DNA of 64,000 nt, taken from assembly GCA_902601785.1 (NCBI GenBank), contig CACKOH010000001.1, positions 54,688 to 118,687 on the forward strand, given 5' to 3'. The position numbers were made by a program, and so were the translations under genes. The notes beneath the pieces are model-generated. The model was not told the DNA's origin, ran no database searches, and saw only the letters and a list, made by a program, of their open reading frames with translations. The DNA comes from an uncultured Pelagibacteraceae bacterium. GTDB lineage: Bacteria; Pseudomonadota; Alphaproteobacteria; Pelagibacterales; Pelagibacteraceae. This document shows positions 1-9,785 of this stretch, in pieces; position 1 is the first letter of the stretch, and each line of letters opens with the position of its first letter.

Positions 1-2
1 AA

Positions 3-587
3 ATATTAGTGAGATTAAGGAATAATAAAATTACTGTAAGACCAATTGCTGGAACAAGGCCACGTGGTAAATCATTAAAAGAAGACATTTATTATGAGAA
101 AGATTTATTAAAAGATAAAAAAGAACTTTCAGAACATTTAATGCTTTTAGATTTAGGGAGAAATGATGCTGGTAAGGTATCAAAAGTAAATTCTGTTAAA
201 GTAACTGAGAGTTTTATTATAGAGAGATATTCACATGTTATGCATATAGTATCCAACGTAATTGGTGATTATAATAAAAAATTTTCTAAGTTTAAATCTT
301 TACTAGCTGGATTTCCTGCTGGAACAGTTTCTGGTGCTCCAAAAATAAGAGCTATGGAAATAATTGATGAATTAGAAACGACAAGAAGAAAGGTTTACGC
401 AGGTGGTATAGGTTATTTTTCTGCAAACGGTGAATTTGATACTTGTATTGCTTTAAGAACGGCTGTTGCAAAAAACAAAAAATTCTATGTACAAGCTGGT
501 GCGGGAATTGTTGCTGATAGTAAACCTATAAACGAATATGAGGAGACTGTTAATAAAGCTAAAGCTTTAATTAATGCTTTAAAATGA
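3..587 (+). CDS. trpE: Anthranilate synthase component I, C-terminal part (5' end lies outside the window)
   Basis: Motifs RPIAGTRPRG, EHLMLLDLGRND, FPAGTVSGAPKIRAM and QAGAGIVADS; frame is open to the window edge; followed by trpG/D/C. Confidence 0.95.
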   Translation: MLVRLRNNKITVRPIAGTRPRGKSLKEDIYYEKDLLKDKKELSEHLMLLDLGRNDAGKVSKVNSVKVTESFIIERYSHVMHIVSNVIGDYNKKFSKFKSLLAGFPAGTVSGAPKIRAMEIIDELETTRRKVYAGGIGYFSANGEFDTCIALRTAVAKNKKFYVQAGAGIVADSKPINEYEETVNKAKALINALK

Positions 588-1153
588 TGAAAGTTTTGTT
601 GATAGATAATTATGATAGTTTTACATTTAATTTGTATCATTACATATCTTCACTGAATGTTAAGGTTGATGTCATAAGAAATGACAAAATCACAGCTAAA
701 GATATAAAAAAAAACAAATATAATAAAATTGTTATATCTCCAGGACCAGGAAATCCAAATCAATCAGGACATTGTATAAATATTTTAAAATCTCTCCATA
801 AAGAAGTGCCTTTTTTAGGCGTATGTCTGGGTCATCAAATTATTGGACAAGTATTTGGATCGAAGATCATTCAAGCAAAAAAACTTATGCATGGAAAAAT
901 AAGCAAAATTAAATCAAAACAAATTGGAATTTTAAAAAATCTACCAAAAACTTTTGAAGCTACTAGATATCACAGTCTTATAATTGATAAGAAAACTTTA
1001 TCTGAAAGTTTAGAAATTACAGCAGAAACTGAAGATGGCTTGATAATGGGTGTGCAACATAAACAATATAATATTCATGGTGTACAATTTCATCCAGAAA
1101 GTATTAAAACTAAAATAGGAATGAAAATATTAAAAAATTTTATTAATTATTAG
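584..1153 (+). CDS. trpG: Anthranilate synthase component II (glutamine amidotransferase)
   Basis: IDNYDSFT, SPGPG, GVCLGHQ and QFHPES motifs; ATGA overlap with trpE. Confidence 0.95.
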   Translation: MMKVLLIDNYDSFTFNLYHYISSLNVKVDVIRNDKITAKDIKKNKYNKIVISPGPGNPNQSGHCINILKSLHKEVPFLGVCLGHQIIGQVFGSKIIQAKKLMHGKISKIKSKQIGILKNLPKTFEATRYHSLIIDKKTLSESLEITAETEDGLIMGVQHKQYNIHGVQFHPESIKTKIGMKILKNFINY

Positions 1154-1157
1154 TTAA

Positions 1158-2150
1158 ATGGATCAAATTTTAGAAAAACTAAGAAATAAGAAAGATCTTT
1201 CTTTTGAGGAAAGTAAATCCACCTTTGAATTACTTATGACTGGACAAGCTAACGAAGATCAAATTTATGACTTTTTAACCTTATTGTCAGAGAAGGGTGA
1301 AGTATCAGACGAAATTGCAGGTGGTGTTTATGTGCTTCGAGAAAAATCAAAAAGAGTAAAAGTTACAGGCTGTGTTGATACTTGTGGAACTGGAGGCGAT
1401 GGCATGAATACCTTAAATATTTCAACAGCATCAGCTTTACTTTTAGCTAGTATGGGCACTAAAGTTGCTAAACATGGTAATAAGGCGGTCTCTTCTAAGT
1501 GTGGCTCAGGGGATGTTTTAGAAGCACTTAAAGTTAAAATTAATCTTGAACCGGGTGATATAGAAAAAGAGATCAATGATAACAACTTTGGCTTTATGTT
1601 TGCTCCTAATTATCATAGTGCAATGAGGTTTGTTGGGCCTGTAAGAAAAAAAATAGGTAAAAGGACAATATTTAATATGATTGGTCCATTAAGTAATCCT
1701 GCTTTAGTAGATAGACAAGTTGTCGGTGTTTTTGATAAAAAATTACTCAAAATTTTTGCTGAAGGGCTTAAAAATTTAAATATTAAATTTGCATGGATCG
1801 TAAATAGTGAAGATGGGCTAGATGAAATTTCACCTTATGCTAAGACAAATGTTATACAATTAAAAAATGGAGAAATATCTGAAATTATAATTGATCCTTC
1901 TATGTTTAATATTAACGCTGAGAAATTTGATAATTTAGTTGGTGATGACGCAAATTATAATGCAAATAAGATAATTGAAATTTTTAAAGGTAAAGATAAT
2001 GATTTTTCAAAAGCAGTTTGTTTAAATGCAGCTGCAGGTTTAATGGTTTTGGAAAAATATGATAATTTTGAATTAGCTTATAACTATTCAAGAGGATTTA
2101 TTAAAACAGGTGCCGCTTACAAACATTTATTAAAAATACAAAATGCCTAA
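1158..2150 (+). CDS. trpD: Anthranilate phosphoribosyltransferase
   Basis: DTCGTGGDG, NISTA, KHGNKAVSSKCGS and GLDE motifs. Confidence 0.97.
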   Translation: MDQILEKLRNKKDLSFEESKSTFELLMTGQANEDQIYDFLTLLSEKGEVSDEIAGGVYVLREKSKRVKVTGCVDTCGTGGDGMNTLNISTASALLLASMGTKVAKHGNKAVSSKCGSGDVLEALKVKINLEPGDIEKEINDNNFGFMFAPNYHSAMRFVGPVRKKIGKRTIFNMIGPLSNPALVDRQVVGVFDKKLLKIFAEGLKNLNIKFAWIVNSEDGLDEISPYAKTNVIQLKNGEISEIIIDPSMFNINAEKFDNLVGDDANYNANKIIEIFKGKDNDFSKAVCLNAAAGLMVLEKYDNFELAYNYSRGFIKTGAAYKHLLKIQNA

Positions 2151-2934
2151 AAATATTCTAGAAGAAATAATAAAAAAGAAAATAGAAAAAATAGATATTT
2201 TAAAAAAATCAACAAATTTAAATTCTCTAACAAATATTATTGATAAAAATAATTCTTTCATTAATTTTAAAGAAAAAATTCAGTCAAATTTATTAAATAA
2301 TAAAACTTCAATTATTGCTGAAATTAAAAAGGCTAGCCCTTCCGCCGGTGTAATTATTCAAAATTATAATCCAGTAGAAATTGCCAATATATATAATACT
2401 AATAATGTAACTTGCTTATCTGTTCTTACTGAGGAAGATTATTTTTTAGGAAACCTAATTCATATAAGTAAGATAAAAGAAAAAGTTAACTTACCTATTT
2501 TATGTAAAGATTTTTTTATAGATAAATTTCAAATACCCTTAGCTAAAAGTTATGGAGCAGATGCAATTTTAATTATTTTGGCTGGTGTATCAGACAATCT
2601 AGCAAATGATTTGTACGAAGAGGCATTAAAGTATAAAATGTCAGTAGTTGTAGAGGTTCATACTGTTGATGAAGCTAAAAAAGCTCTACACTTCAAAGAG
2701 GCTTTAATTGGAATAAATAATAGAAATTTAAAAACTCTTAAAACAGATATAAATACAACTTATGATATCTATAATGTGTTAAATAATCATGATGGACCTT
2801 TGATTTCAGAGAGTGGAATTAAAACTAAAGAAGAACTTTTAAATCTTAAAAAGAAAACATCTATTAATACTTTTTTAATTGGTGAATCACTTTTGAAGAA
2901 TTTAGATAAAAATCCAATTTTTTCAGTTTTATAG
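2143..2934 (+). CDS. trpC: Indole-3-glycerol phosphate synthase
   Basis: IAEIKKASPSAG, LSVLTE, GINNRNL and ISESGI motifs. Confidence 0.97.
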   Translation: MPKNILEEIIKKKIEKIDILKKSTNLNSLTNIIDKNNSFINFKEKIQSNLLNNKTSIIAEIKKASPSAGVIIQNYNPVEIANIYNTNNVTCLSVLTEEDYFLGNLIHISKIKEKVNLPILCKDFFIDKFQIPLAKSYGADAILIILAGVSDNLANDLYEEALKYKMSVVVEVHTVDEAKKALHFKEALIGINNRNLKTLKTDINTTYDIYNVLNNHDGPLISESGIKTKEELLNLKKKTSINTFLIGESLLKNLDKNPIFSVL

Positions 2935-2983
2935 TCAATTAAATCGCTATTTTGTTGGTTTTTTTAATGTTGTTAAATTAAAA

Positions 2984-3020
2984 GAACTTTTATAGAACAT
3001 TATTTGTACGATATTTGTTC
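2984..3020 (+). promoter_or_regulatory. LexA operator (alphaproteobacterial SOS box) array GAAC-N7-GAAC-N7-GTAC-N7-GTTC
   Basis: Tetramers at 2984, 2995, 3006 and 3017, ending 2 nt before the lexA ATG; matches the alphaproteobacterial GAAC-N7-GAAC / GAAC-N7-GTAC direct-repeat box. Confidence 0.88.
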
Positions 3021-3022
3021 TT

Positions 3023-3700
3023 ATGCTTACAAAAAAACAAAAAAACCTGCTTTTATTTATCAACAAGAAGTTGAGAAGCTCTGGTGTTTCTCCTTCCTAT
3101 GAAGAGATGAAACAATCTCTTAATTTAAAATCTAAATCAGGAATACATAGATTAATAAGTGCTTTAGAAGAAAGAGGTTTTATAAAGAGACTGGCTCATA
3201 AAGCAAGAGCTTTAGAGGTAATAAAGCTTCCTGAAACTGCCTCTGCAAACGATATTTACAACAATTTTTCACCAAGTGTTATAAAAGGTGGTTTAGACGA
3301 AGAGCAAGTTCCGTCTGATGAAGTAGAAGTACCAGTACTAGGTAAAATCGCTGCTGGAACACCCGTTGAGGCAATCCAAAACGAAGTTGCTAGAATACCT
3401 TTGCCAAATAATTTAGAAAAAAATGGAGATTACTTTGGTTTAAAAGTTCAAGGTGATTCTATGATAGAGGCTGGTATTCATGAGGGCGATACAGTAATTA
3501 TCAGAAGAACAGATACTGCAGACAATGGAAAGATTGTAGTTGCCTTGATTGATGAACATGAAGCAATGCTTAAAAGAATTCGTAAAAAAGGAAAAGTTGT
3601 CGCTTTAGAAAGTGCAAATAGAAACTACGAAACTAAAATTTTTGGTCCTGATAGAGTTAAAGTTCAAGGCGTTTTAGTATCTTTATATAGAAACTTCTAA
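3023..3700 (+). CDS. lexA: SOS repressor LexA
   Basis: N-terminal HTH SPSYEEMK..LKSKSGIHRLI..LEERGFI; IAAG cleavage site; GDSM catalytic Ser and LKR Lys. Confidence 0.98.
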   Translation: MLTKKQKNLLLFINKKLRSSGVSPSYEEMKQSLNLKSKSGIHRLISALEERGFIKRLAHKARALEVIKLPETASANDIYNNFSPSVIKGGLDEEQVPSDEVEVPVLGKIAAGTPVEAIQNEVARIPLPNNLEKNGDYFGLKVQGDSMIEAGIHEGDTVIIRRTDTADNGKIVVALIDEHEAMLKRIRKKGKVVALESANRNYETKIFGPDRVKVQGVLVSLYRNF

Positions 3701-3722
3701 AAAAATAGTCTAAACATCATTG

Positions 3723-5123
3723 ATGTCAAAAGTAGCAACTCGTTTTGCACCCTCACCTACTGGAGCTCTTCATATTGGAGGTGTAAGAACAGCTTTATTT
3801 AATTGGCTTTACTCAAAAAATCAAAAAGGTACATTTCACCTAAGAATTGAAGATACTGATAAGGAAAGATCTAAAGAAGAGCACAAAATCCAAATTATAA
3901 ATTCTTTAAAATGGATAGGAATCGAACATGATGGAGATGAATATATTCAATCAACTAAAATTGAAGATCATATTAAAGTTGCAAATGAACTATTAAAAAA
4001 TGGAAATGCATACAAGTGTTATTGCTCTAGTGAAGAAATAGAAGAGCAAAAAAAAAGAGCTCGACAAAAAAAACTACCTTATATCTATAATAGAAAATGG
4101 AGAGATGCAGATGAAAAAGACACTCCAAAAGACATTGAGCCTGTAATTAGATTTAAAAGTAAAATTGAAGGGAGCTCTATATTAAAAGACTTAGTACAAG
4201 GTGATGTTGAAATTGAAAATAATACAATAGAGGATTTTATTATATTAAGAAATGATGGAACGCCAACATATAACCTTTCAGCAACTGTAGATGATCATCA
4301 AATGGGAATGACACACATTATTAGAGGTGATGATCATAAAATAAATACTTTCAAACAAATTCAGATTTATCTGGCTATGGGTTGGAAAGTGCCAAATTTT
4401 GCACATATACCTTTAATCCATACAATTGAGGGTAAAAAGCTCTCTAAAAGAGATAATGCCTCTACATTAGATGACTATTCAAAAATTGGTATTATGCCAG
4501 ATGCTTTAAGAAACTACTTGTTAAGACTAGGCTGGTCATATCAAGACAAAGAAATATTTAACTTAGATGAAAGTATTAAATATTTTAATCTAGAGGGAAT
4601 TGGAAAATCACCTTCAAAACTTGATATGAGCCGTATTTTATCAATGAACGAGCACTATATTAAAACTATTAATGAACAAGAACTTTTCAAAAATTTCTTA
4701 GAATATTGTGAAATTTACAAAGAAAAAATTAAACCTGAAAAAGAGGAAAAAATAAAAAATTCATTATCCTTTTTAAAAAATAAAGCAAAAACATTAGAAG
4801 ATATATTCAACAACGCAAAATACATAACCCTAGATAAAATTAATTTTAACCCAGATGATTTAAAGTTAATTGATGATAAAGCAGAAAGAATAATTCAAGA
4901 ATTTAAAGTTGAAATTTCGTCCTTAGACATTTTAAACAGAGAGAAATTAGAGCCTATAGTAAATAGTTTAATAAAAAAACATGAAACTAACTTTAAAGGT
5001 ATAGGACAGCCTCTAAGAGTAATTTTAACAGGATCTAAATTTGGACCAGGTCTCTATGATATCCTAATTTCTTTAGGCAAGGAAGAAGTAGATCAAAGAT
5101 TAGGAAACAAGATAACCAGATAG
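3723..5123 (+). CDS. gltX: Glutamate--tRNA ligase
   Basis: RFAPSPTG, HIGG, RIEDTD, IRGDDH and KLSKR motifs. Confidence 0.97.
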   Translation: MSKVATRFAPSPTGALHIGGVRTALFNWLYSKNQKGTFHLRIEDTDKERSKEEHKIQIINSLKWIGIEHDGDEYIQSTKIEDHIKVANELLKNGNAYKCYCSSEEIEEQKKRARQKKLPYIYNRKWRDADEKDTPKDIEPVIRFKSKIEGSSILKDLVQGDVEIENNTIEDFIILRNDGTPTYNLSATVDDHQMGMTHIIRGDDHKINTFKQIQIYLAMGWKVPNFAHIPLIHTIEGKKLSKRDNASTLDDYSKIGIMPDALRNYLLRLGWSYQDKEIFNLDESIKYFNLEGIGKSPSKLDMSRILSMNEHYIKTINEQELFKNFLEYCEIYKEKIKPEKEEKIKNSLSFLKNKAKTLEDIFNNAKYITLDKINFNPDDLKLIDDKAERIIQEFKVEISSLDILNREKLEPIVNSLIKKHETNFKGIGQPLRVILTGSKFGPGLYDILISLGKEEVDQRLGNKITR

Positions 5124-6235
5124 AACTGTTGTGGACTCATCTGAAGATGAAGTTTTTGATCTGATACCTTCTAAAGTTTTATTACATTCAGCTAGTTGCT
5201 TTTTCATGAGTTCAGGATTCTTTAAAAAATATGTTACAGTTTTATAAATTTCTTCAGCATTACACTCATTTTGAAGAAGTTCAGGAATTATTTCTCGATT
5301 GTTGATAATATTAATAATATTTGCAAATTTTACATTCACCAATAATTTAAATATCATAAAATTAATAAAGCTTAATTTATAAATAATTATAGATGGTATA
5401 TTTGCATTACAAATTTGTAATGAGACAGTACCAGATTTTGATACAGCAAAAATAGATTTAGATAAAACATCTAATTTAATATTTTCATCAGATATAACGT
5501 CTGTGTTTTCAATATTTTTTTGTTTAATAATATCTAAAATTGAATTTTTATTTTCCTCTGTGGCATGGAAATAAAAAAAATAATTTTTATTTTTTTTATT
5601 CATTAACTCTATAAAGTTAATTAAAATCGGTAAGAGAATTAAAGTTTCAGATTTTCTACTTCCAGCAAATAAAGATATAATTTTTTTGTCTTGAGGTAAT
5701 AAATTATCAATTATAGTTTTTGAATTAACTTTTGTTTCAATTAAAGGATGTCCAACAAAAGTATTTTTTATATTTTCTGCGTCAAAATATTTTTTTTCAA
5801 AATCAAATAGTAAAAGAATATGATCAATAAACTTTTTGATTTTTTTAACCCTATTTTTTCTCCAAATCCATACCTGAGGAGCAACGTAGTGAATTGTTTT
5901 TATATTACTATTAATATTCTTTACTTTTTCGGCTACTCTTAAAGTAAAATCAGGGCTATCCACACTAAATAAAATATCAGGATTAAATTTTATAATTTCC
6001 TCAACAGTTTGATTGATTTTTTTTTAATTTTAAAAATATTTAAAATAACACTCGTAAATCCAAGATATGTTATGTCTTTTAAGTCGTAAATTGAGCTAAT
6101 ACCTAACTTTTTCAAATTAGATCCACCGACTGATAAATATTCAATTTCTGAACTTATAGATTGAAGTTTTGATATTACTGTAGAAGCTAATTTATCACCC
6201 GAAGGTTCACCAGTTAATACAAATATTTTTTTCAT
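5100..6235 (-). pseudogene. lpxB: Lipid-A-disaccharide synthase, apparently frameshifted at an A9 tract (6017-6025); may be a sequencing artefact
   Basis: N-terminal ORF 5990-6235 has GEPSGD; C-terminal ORF 5100-5963 has DSPDF, HYVAPQVWIWR, FVGHPL, GSR and SGT. Adding one A joins them into 378 aa. Gene identity is secure; real inactivation is not. Confidence 0.75.
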
Positions 6236-7017
6236 ATAATTTTAATAAATATATTATTTTTATTTGCAAATTGGATACATTTGCCTTTGTCCAAAATTAT
6301 ATTTTTTTTAGATTTTAATACTATTCCTTTTAGGCCATATTTTTTACAATCCTTGATAGTTTGAAGACCAATTGTGGGTAAATCCATTCTTAAATCTTGT
6401 TTTTTTTTAGGAAATTTAATTAATATACCTTGTGTTTTTTTCTTTAATTTCATGAACATTTTTCTTGTGCCCTCTCTTCCCTCTTTTGCAACAACTTTAC
6501 CATCTTTTATAATCAAAGCTTGCACATGATCCAGCTCATTCAGTTTATTGAAATATTTAATTCCTTTTTTAATTGATACGAAATCTTCTCTATTAGGTTT
6601 TAGTTTTGAATAATTTCCTGTTTTCAAGGCTAATTCTGGATTAAAACTAATTGAACTAATAACTTTAATACCTTCAATGTTTAATATTTTAATAATTTCT
6701 TTAATTATGGCTGCATCTCCTTTTTTTGCAGCCTGGATAACACTGGGCATGTAATAAAAACCTTTAAAATCTAATCTTAATGATGAAAATTTAGGTTTTG
6801 CTATTTTGCCAGCAAATAAAACTTTTTTTGATTTTTTTTCTTTAATTAGATTTAAAATTTTACCAAATTTTCCAATACTTATACGGTGGGAATAAATATT
6901 TTTTTTAAATTTTGAATTTTTCGAAAAATCAATGATAAAGTATTTTTTTTTTAATTTTTTAATTTTACTTAGTACAATCTGAGAAAAATCTGTATCTCCT
7001 AAAAATAATCCTATCAT
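6232..7017 (-). CDS. lpxI: LpxI-family UDP-2,3-diacylglucosamine diphosphatase
   Basis: Lies between lpxA and lpxB; EGREGT and KKKQDLRMDLPTIG motifs. Confidence 0.9.
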   Translation of the reverse strand: MIGLFLGDTDFSQIVLSKIKKLKKKYFIIDFSKNSKFKKNIYSHRISIGKFGKILNLIKEKKSKKVLFAGKIAKPKFSSLRLDFKGFYYMPSVIQAAKKGDAAIIKEIIKILNIEGIKVISSISFNPELALKTGNYSKLKPNREDFVSIKKGIKYFNKLNELDHVQALIIKDGKVVAKEGREGTRKMFMKLKKKTQGILIKFPKKKQDLRMDLPTIGLQTIKDCKKYGLKGIVLKSKKNIILDKGKCIQFANKNNIFIKII

Positions 7018-7018
7018 C

Positions 7019-7801
7019 TTATTTTGAAAATGGAGTACATATTGGTCTTTTTTTATCTTTCTCTATAAAACTAACTACCTCTCTTGCCAATTCATGTTTT
7101 CTTATTTCTTTGCTCAAATTGTTCAAATTTTCAGTTAAATTTTCATTTTTAAATATTTCTTTATATGCATCACTTAAGATCTTTATGTCTTGATTTGAGA
7201 TATTTTTTCTTCTCAATCCAATTAAATTAAGTCCATGTAGTTTGCTTCTGTTACCATGAGCTATTCCATAAGGAATTATGTCCCTAACAACACCACACAT
7301 TCCTCCGATCATTGCAGATCTCCCTATTCTGGTAAACTGCTGAACAGCTGAATTCCCACCAATAATCACATTATCTTCTATATAAGCATGACCACCTAAA
7401 GGAACACTGTTAGCTAGTATGACATTGTTACCTACAAAACAATCATGCGCTATATGAGCCGACATCATGAATAAGCATTTATTACCTACTTTTGTTACTC
7501 CTCCACCACCATTTGTACCTGGGTTAATTGTAACATATTCTCTAATTTTATTATCACTGCCTATTTCAAGTTTTGTTTCTTCACCCTGGAACTTTAAATC
7601 TTGAGGATCATTTCCAATAGATGCAAAGGGATAAATTTTATTATTTTTTCCTATTTTTGTATTACCAACAATACTGACATGCGATTGTACCTCAGTGTTT
7701 TCATCAATTTCTACATTTGGTCCTACAACAGAATATGGACCAATTTTTACACTACTATGTAGTTTGGCTTTTGGATCAATTATAGCTGTTTGATGAATCA
7801 T
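7019..7801 (-). CDS. lpxA: Acyl-ACP--UDP-N-acetylglucosamine O-acyltransferase
   Basis: MIHQTAII start, hexapeptide repeats, PQDLKF, HIAHDC, GLNLIGLRR. Confidence 0.97.
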   Translation of the reverse strand: MIHQTAIIDPKAKLHSSVKIGPYSVVGPNVEIDENTEVQSHVSIVGNTKIGKNNKIYPFASIGNDPQDLKFQGEETKLEIGSDNKIREYVTINPGTNGGGGVTKVGNKCLFMMSAHIAHDCFVGNNVILANSVPLGGHAYIEDNVIIGGNSAVQQFTRIGRSAMIGGMCGVVRDIIPYGIAHGNRSKLHGLNLIGLRRKNISNQDIKILSDAYKEIFKNENLTENLNNLSKEIRKHELAREVVSFIEKDKKRPICTPFSK

Positions 7802-8775
7802 TTGTTGTCCTTTAAAAATTGTCTTATATTTTTGGCTGGATATCCCATTACTTTTGAGTTTTCAGGAATATCTTTAATAACTCCACTACCACCAGCTATT
7901 TCAACATTATCTCCTATCCTTAAATGACCTGAGATGCCAGCCTGACCTCCAATTTTTACATTTTTTCCTAAAATGGAACTGCCAGCTATACCTACTTGCC
8001 CTGCAATTATTGAATTTTCACCAATTTTAACATTGTGAGCTATGTGAATTTGATTATCTAAAAAAGTATTTTTACCTATTATGGTATGGGACATAGATCC
8101 TCTATCTATAGTTGCACCACAGCCAATTTCACAATTATCTCCAATCTTAACAATTCCTACATGTGGATATCTTATATTTTTATTGTTATTCGGAAAAAAT
8201 CCAAATCCATGTTTACCAATAGTACAATTATCGAGAATTTTTACATTATCACCAATTAATGTATTTCTTATTATTGTATTTGAACCAATAGAGCAATTAT
8301 TACCAATCGAAACATTTTTTTCAATAATTGTATTATGACCAATTAAACATTCTGAACCTATAGAAACATTTTTTCCTATTAAAATATTTTTTCCAAACTT
8401 AACTTTATTTAAATTTTCAATTTTATTAATATCAATTACTGTTTCATCAAAATCATCGTTAACTGAAGTAGGGTAGAATTTGGCTGTAACTAATGATGTT
8501 GAGACTAATACGTTTTCAACAACTATAGGAGTACAAGTATTAGGTAAATAATTTTTAAGATTTTTAGTAGTTATACAAAATGATGCTTTGGTTGATTTAG
8601 CTATTTGGATATATTTTTTTGAATGTAAAAATGTAATATCATTTACAGTTGCAGTATTTAAGTCACTTATATTATTAATATTTTGACTTGAAACACCGTC
8701 ATAACTTGCATTAATTAACTCTAAAATTTTTATAGTGCTGTAAGGACCATGATTTTTAAAAAAAGGATTAACCAT
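7798..8775 (-). CDS. lpxD: UDP-3-O-acylglucosamine N-acyltransferase
   Basis: Hexapeptide repeats, GFGF, TIDRG, DNQIHIAHNV, GYPA; ATG at 8775 preferred as start. Confidence 0.95.
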   Translation of the reverse strand: MVNPFFKNHGPYSTIKILELINASYDGVSSQNINNISDLNTATVNDITFLHSKKYIQIAKSTKASFCITTKNLKNYLPNTCTPIVVENVLVSTSLVTAKFYPTSVNDDFDETVIDINKIENLNKVKFGKNILIGKNVSIGSECLIGHNTIIEKNVSIGNNCSIGSNTIIRNTLIGDNVKILDNCTIGKHGFGFFPNNNKNIRYPHVGIVKIGDNCEIGCGATIDRGSMSHTIIGKNTFLDNQIHIAHNVKIGENSIIAGQVGIAGSSILGKNVKIGGQAGISGHLRIGDNVEIAGGSGVIKDIPENSKVMGYPAKNIRQFLKDNK

Positions 8776-8826
8776 AATTGCTTTTATCAAAGCAATTTTT
8801 GATAGGTTATCAATATTTATTGCTAT

Positions 8827-9273
8827 TTATTTCTTATTTACAATTGTAGCTGACCAAATCGCATCTGCCATCTTTATTTCATTAACAAATGCTTCACCTT
8901 TGTATTTCCAAACTTTACCGTGTGACCTAATAGCTTCAATTTTTAAAAGAAGTTTGCAATCAGGGATAACTGGATTTCTAAATCTAGCTTTTTCTACACC
9001 CATTAAAAAAACTAATTTATTTTCATAGGTTGATCGGTCCAAACCGTGAGCGGTTAAGGCAGCCGCAGCTTGACCAAAAGCTTCAACAATTAAAACACCG
9101 GGCATAACAGGTTGGCTTGGAAAATGACCTTGGACAAAGAAACTTTCTTTTGTTACATTTAATACAGCTGTTGCTGAAGTAAGTTTTTTAATTTCATGAA
9201 GCTCATCAATGAGTAACATTGGTTCTCTGTGTGGAAGTAATTCAAGTATTTCTTTTTTATATATAGACGTCAT
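8827..9273 (-). CDS. fabZ: 3-hydroxyacyl-ACP dehydratase
   Basis: LPHREPMLLID and GHFP..PVMPGVLIVEA motifs. Confidence 0.96.
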   Translation of the reverse strand: MTSIYKKEILELLPHREPMLLIDELHEIKKLTSATAVLNVTKESFFVQGHFPSQPVMPGVLIVEAFGQAAAALTAHGLDRSTYENKLVFLMGVEKARFRNPVIPDCKLLLKIEAIRSHGKVWKYKGEAFVNEIKMADAIWSATIVNKK

Positions 9274-9779
9274 TATTTATTAGATTTATTTACTAACTCC
9301 AAAATTACATTAGTTATATTATATTTGTTTTTGCCCATTAAAATATCTTTTTTATTAAGTACTAAATCAATAGCGTTTTTTTCAACATAATCTCCAAGTA
9401 TTTGGTTAACCACATTAACAAAATTATTAATTTCTTTCTTTTTGAGTTGATTAAAATTTTTAACTAATTTATCTTTATCTTCTTTAAATAAATTAATTTT
9501 AACTTTAAGTTTTTTAACCTCATCGTTGTAAGCATTTTCTGAAATTATATTTTTTTGTTTGATTATTTTTTTTTCTTCCTCTTTTAAAATTTTTTCTTTA
9601 GACTGTAAAATTTTAAGATTTTCTTGATTTTTTTTTTCTAAATTTGAAAGTATTATTTTTCCTTGATCTGAATTTGCTAATATAAAATCAAAATCTAAAT
9701 AAACAATTTTTTCGCTTGAATGAGATAAGGTTGTAAGGAAAATAAAAATAACAAAAAATTTTATAAAAAAATTTCGCAT
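9273..9779 (-). CDS. skp: OmpH/Skp periplasmic chaperone
   Basis: Signal peptide, coiled-coil body, C-terminal NIT..IL..VN; lies between bamA and fabZ. Confidence 0.85.
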   Translation of the reverse strand: MRNFFIKFFVIFIFLTTLSHSSEKIVYLDFDFILANSDQGKIILSNLEKKNQENLKILQSKEKILKEEEKKIIKQKNIISENAYNDEVKKLKVKINLFKEDKDKLVKNFNQLKKKEINNFVNVVNQILGDYVEKNAIDLVLNKKDILMGKNKYNITNVILELVNKSNK

Positions 9780-9785
9780 TAAAAT

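Noticed and set aside
7019-8775. Repetitive sequence in lpxA and lpxD
   Set aside because: Explained by the hexapeptide beta-helix repeats of these proteins
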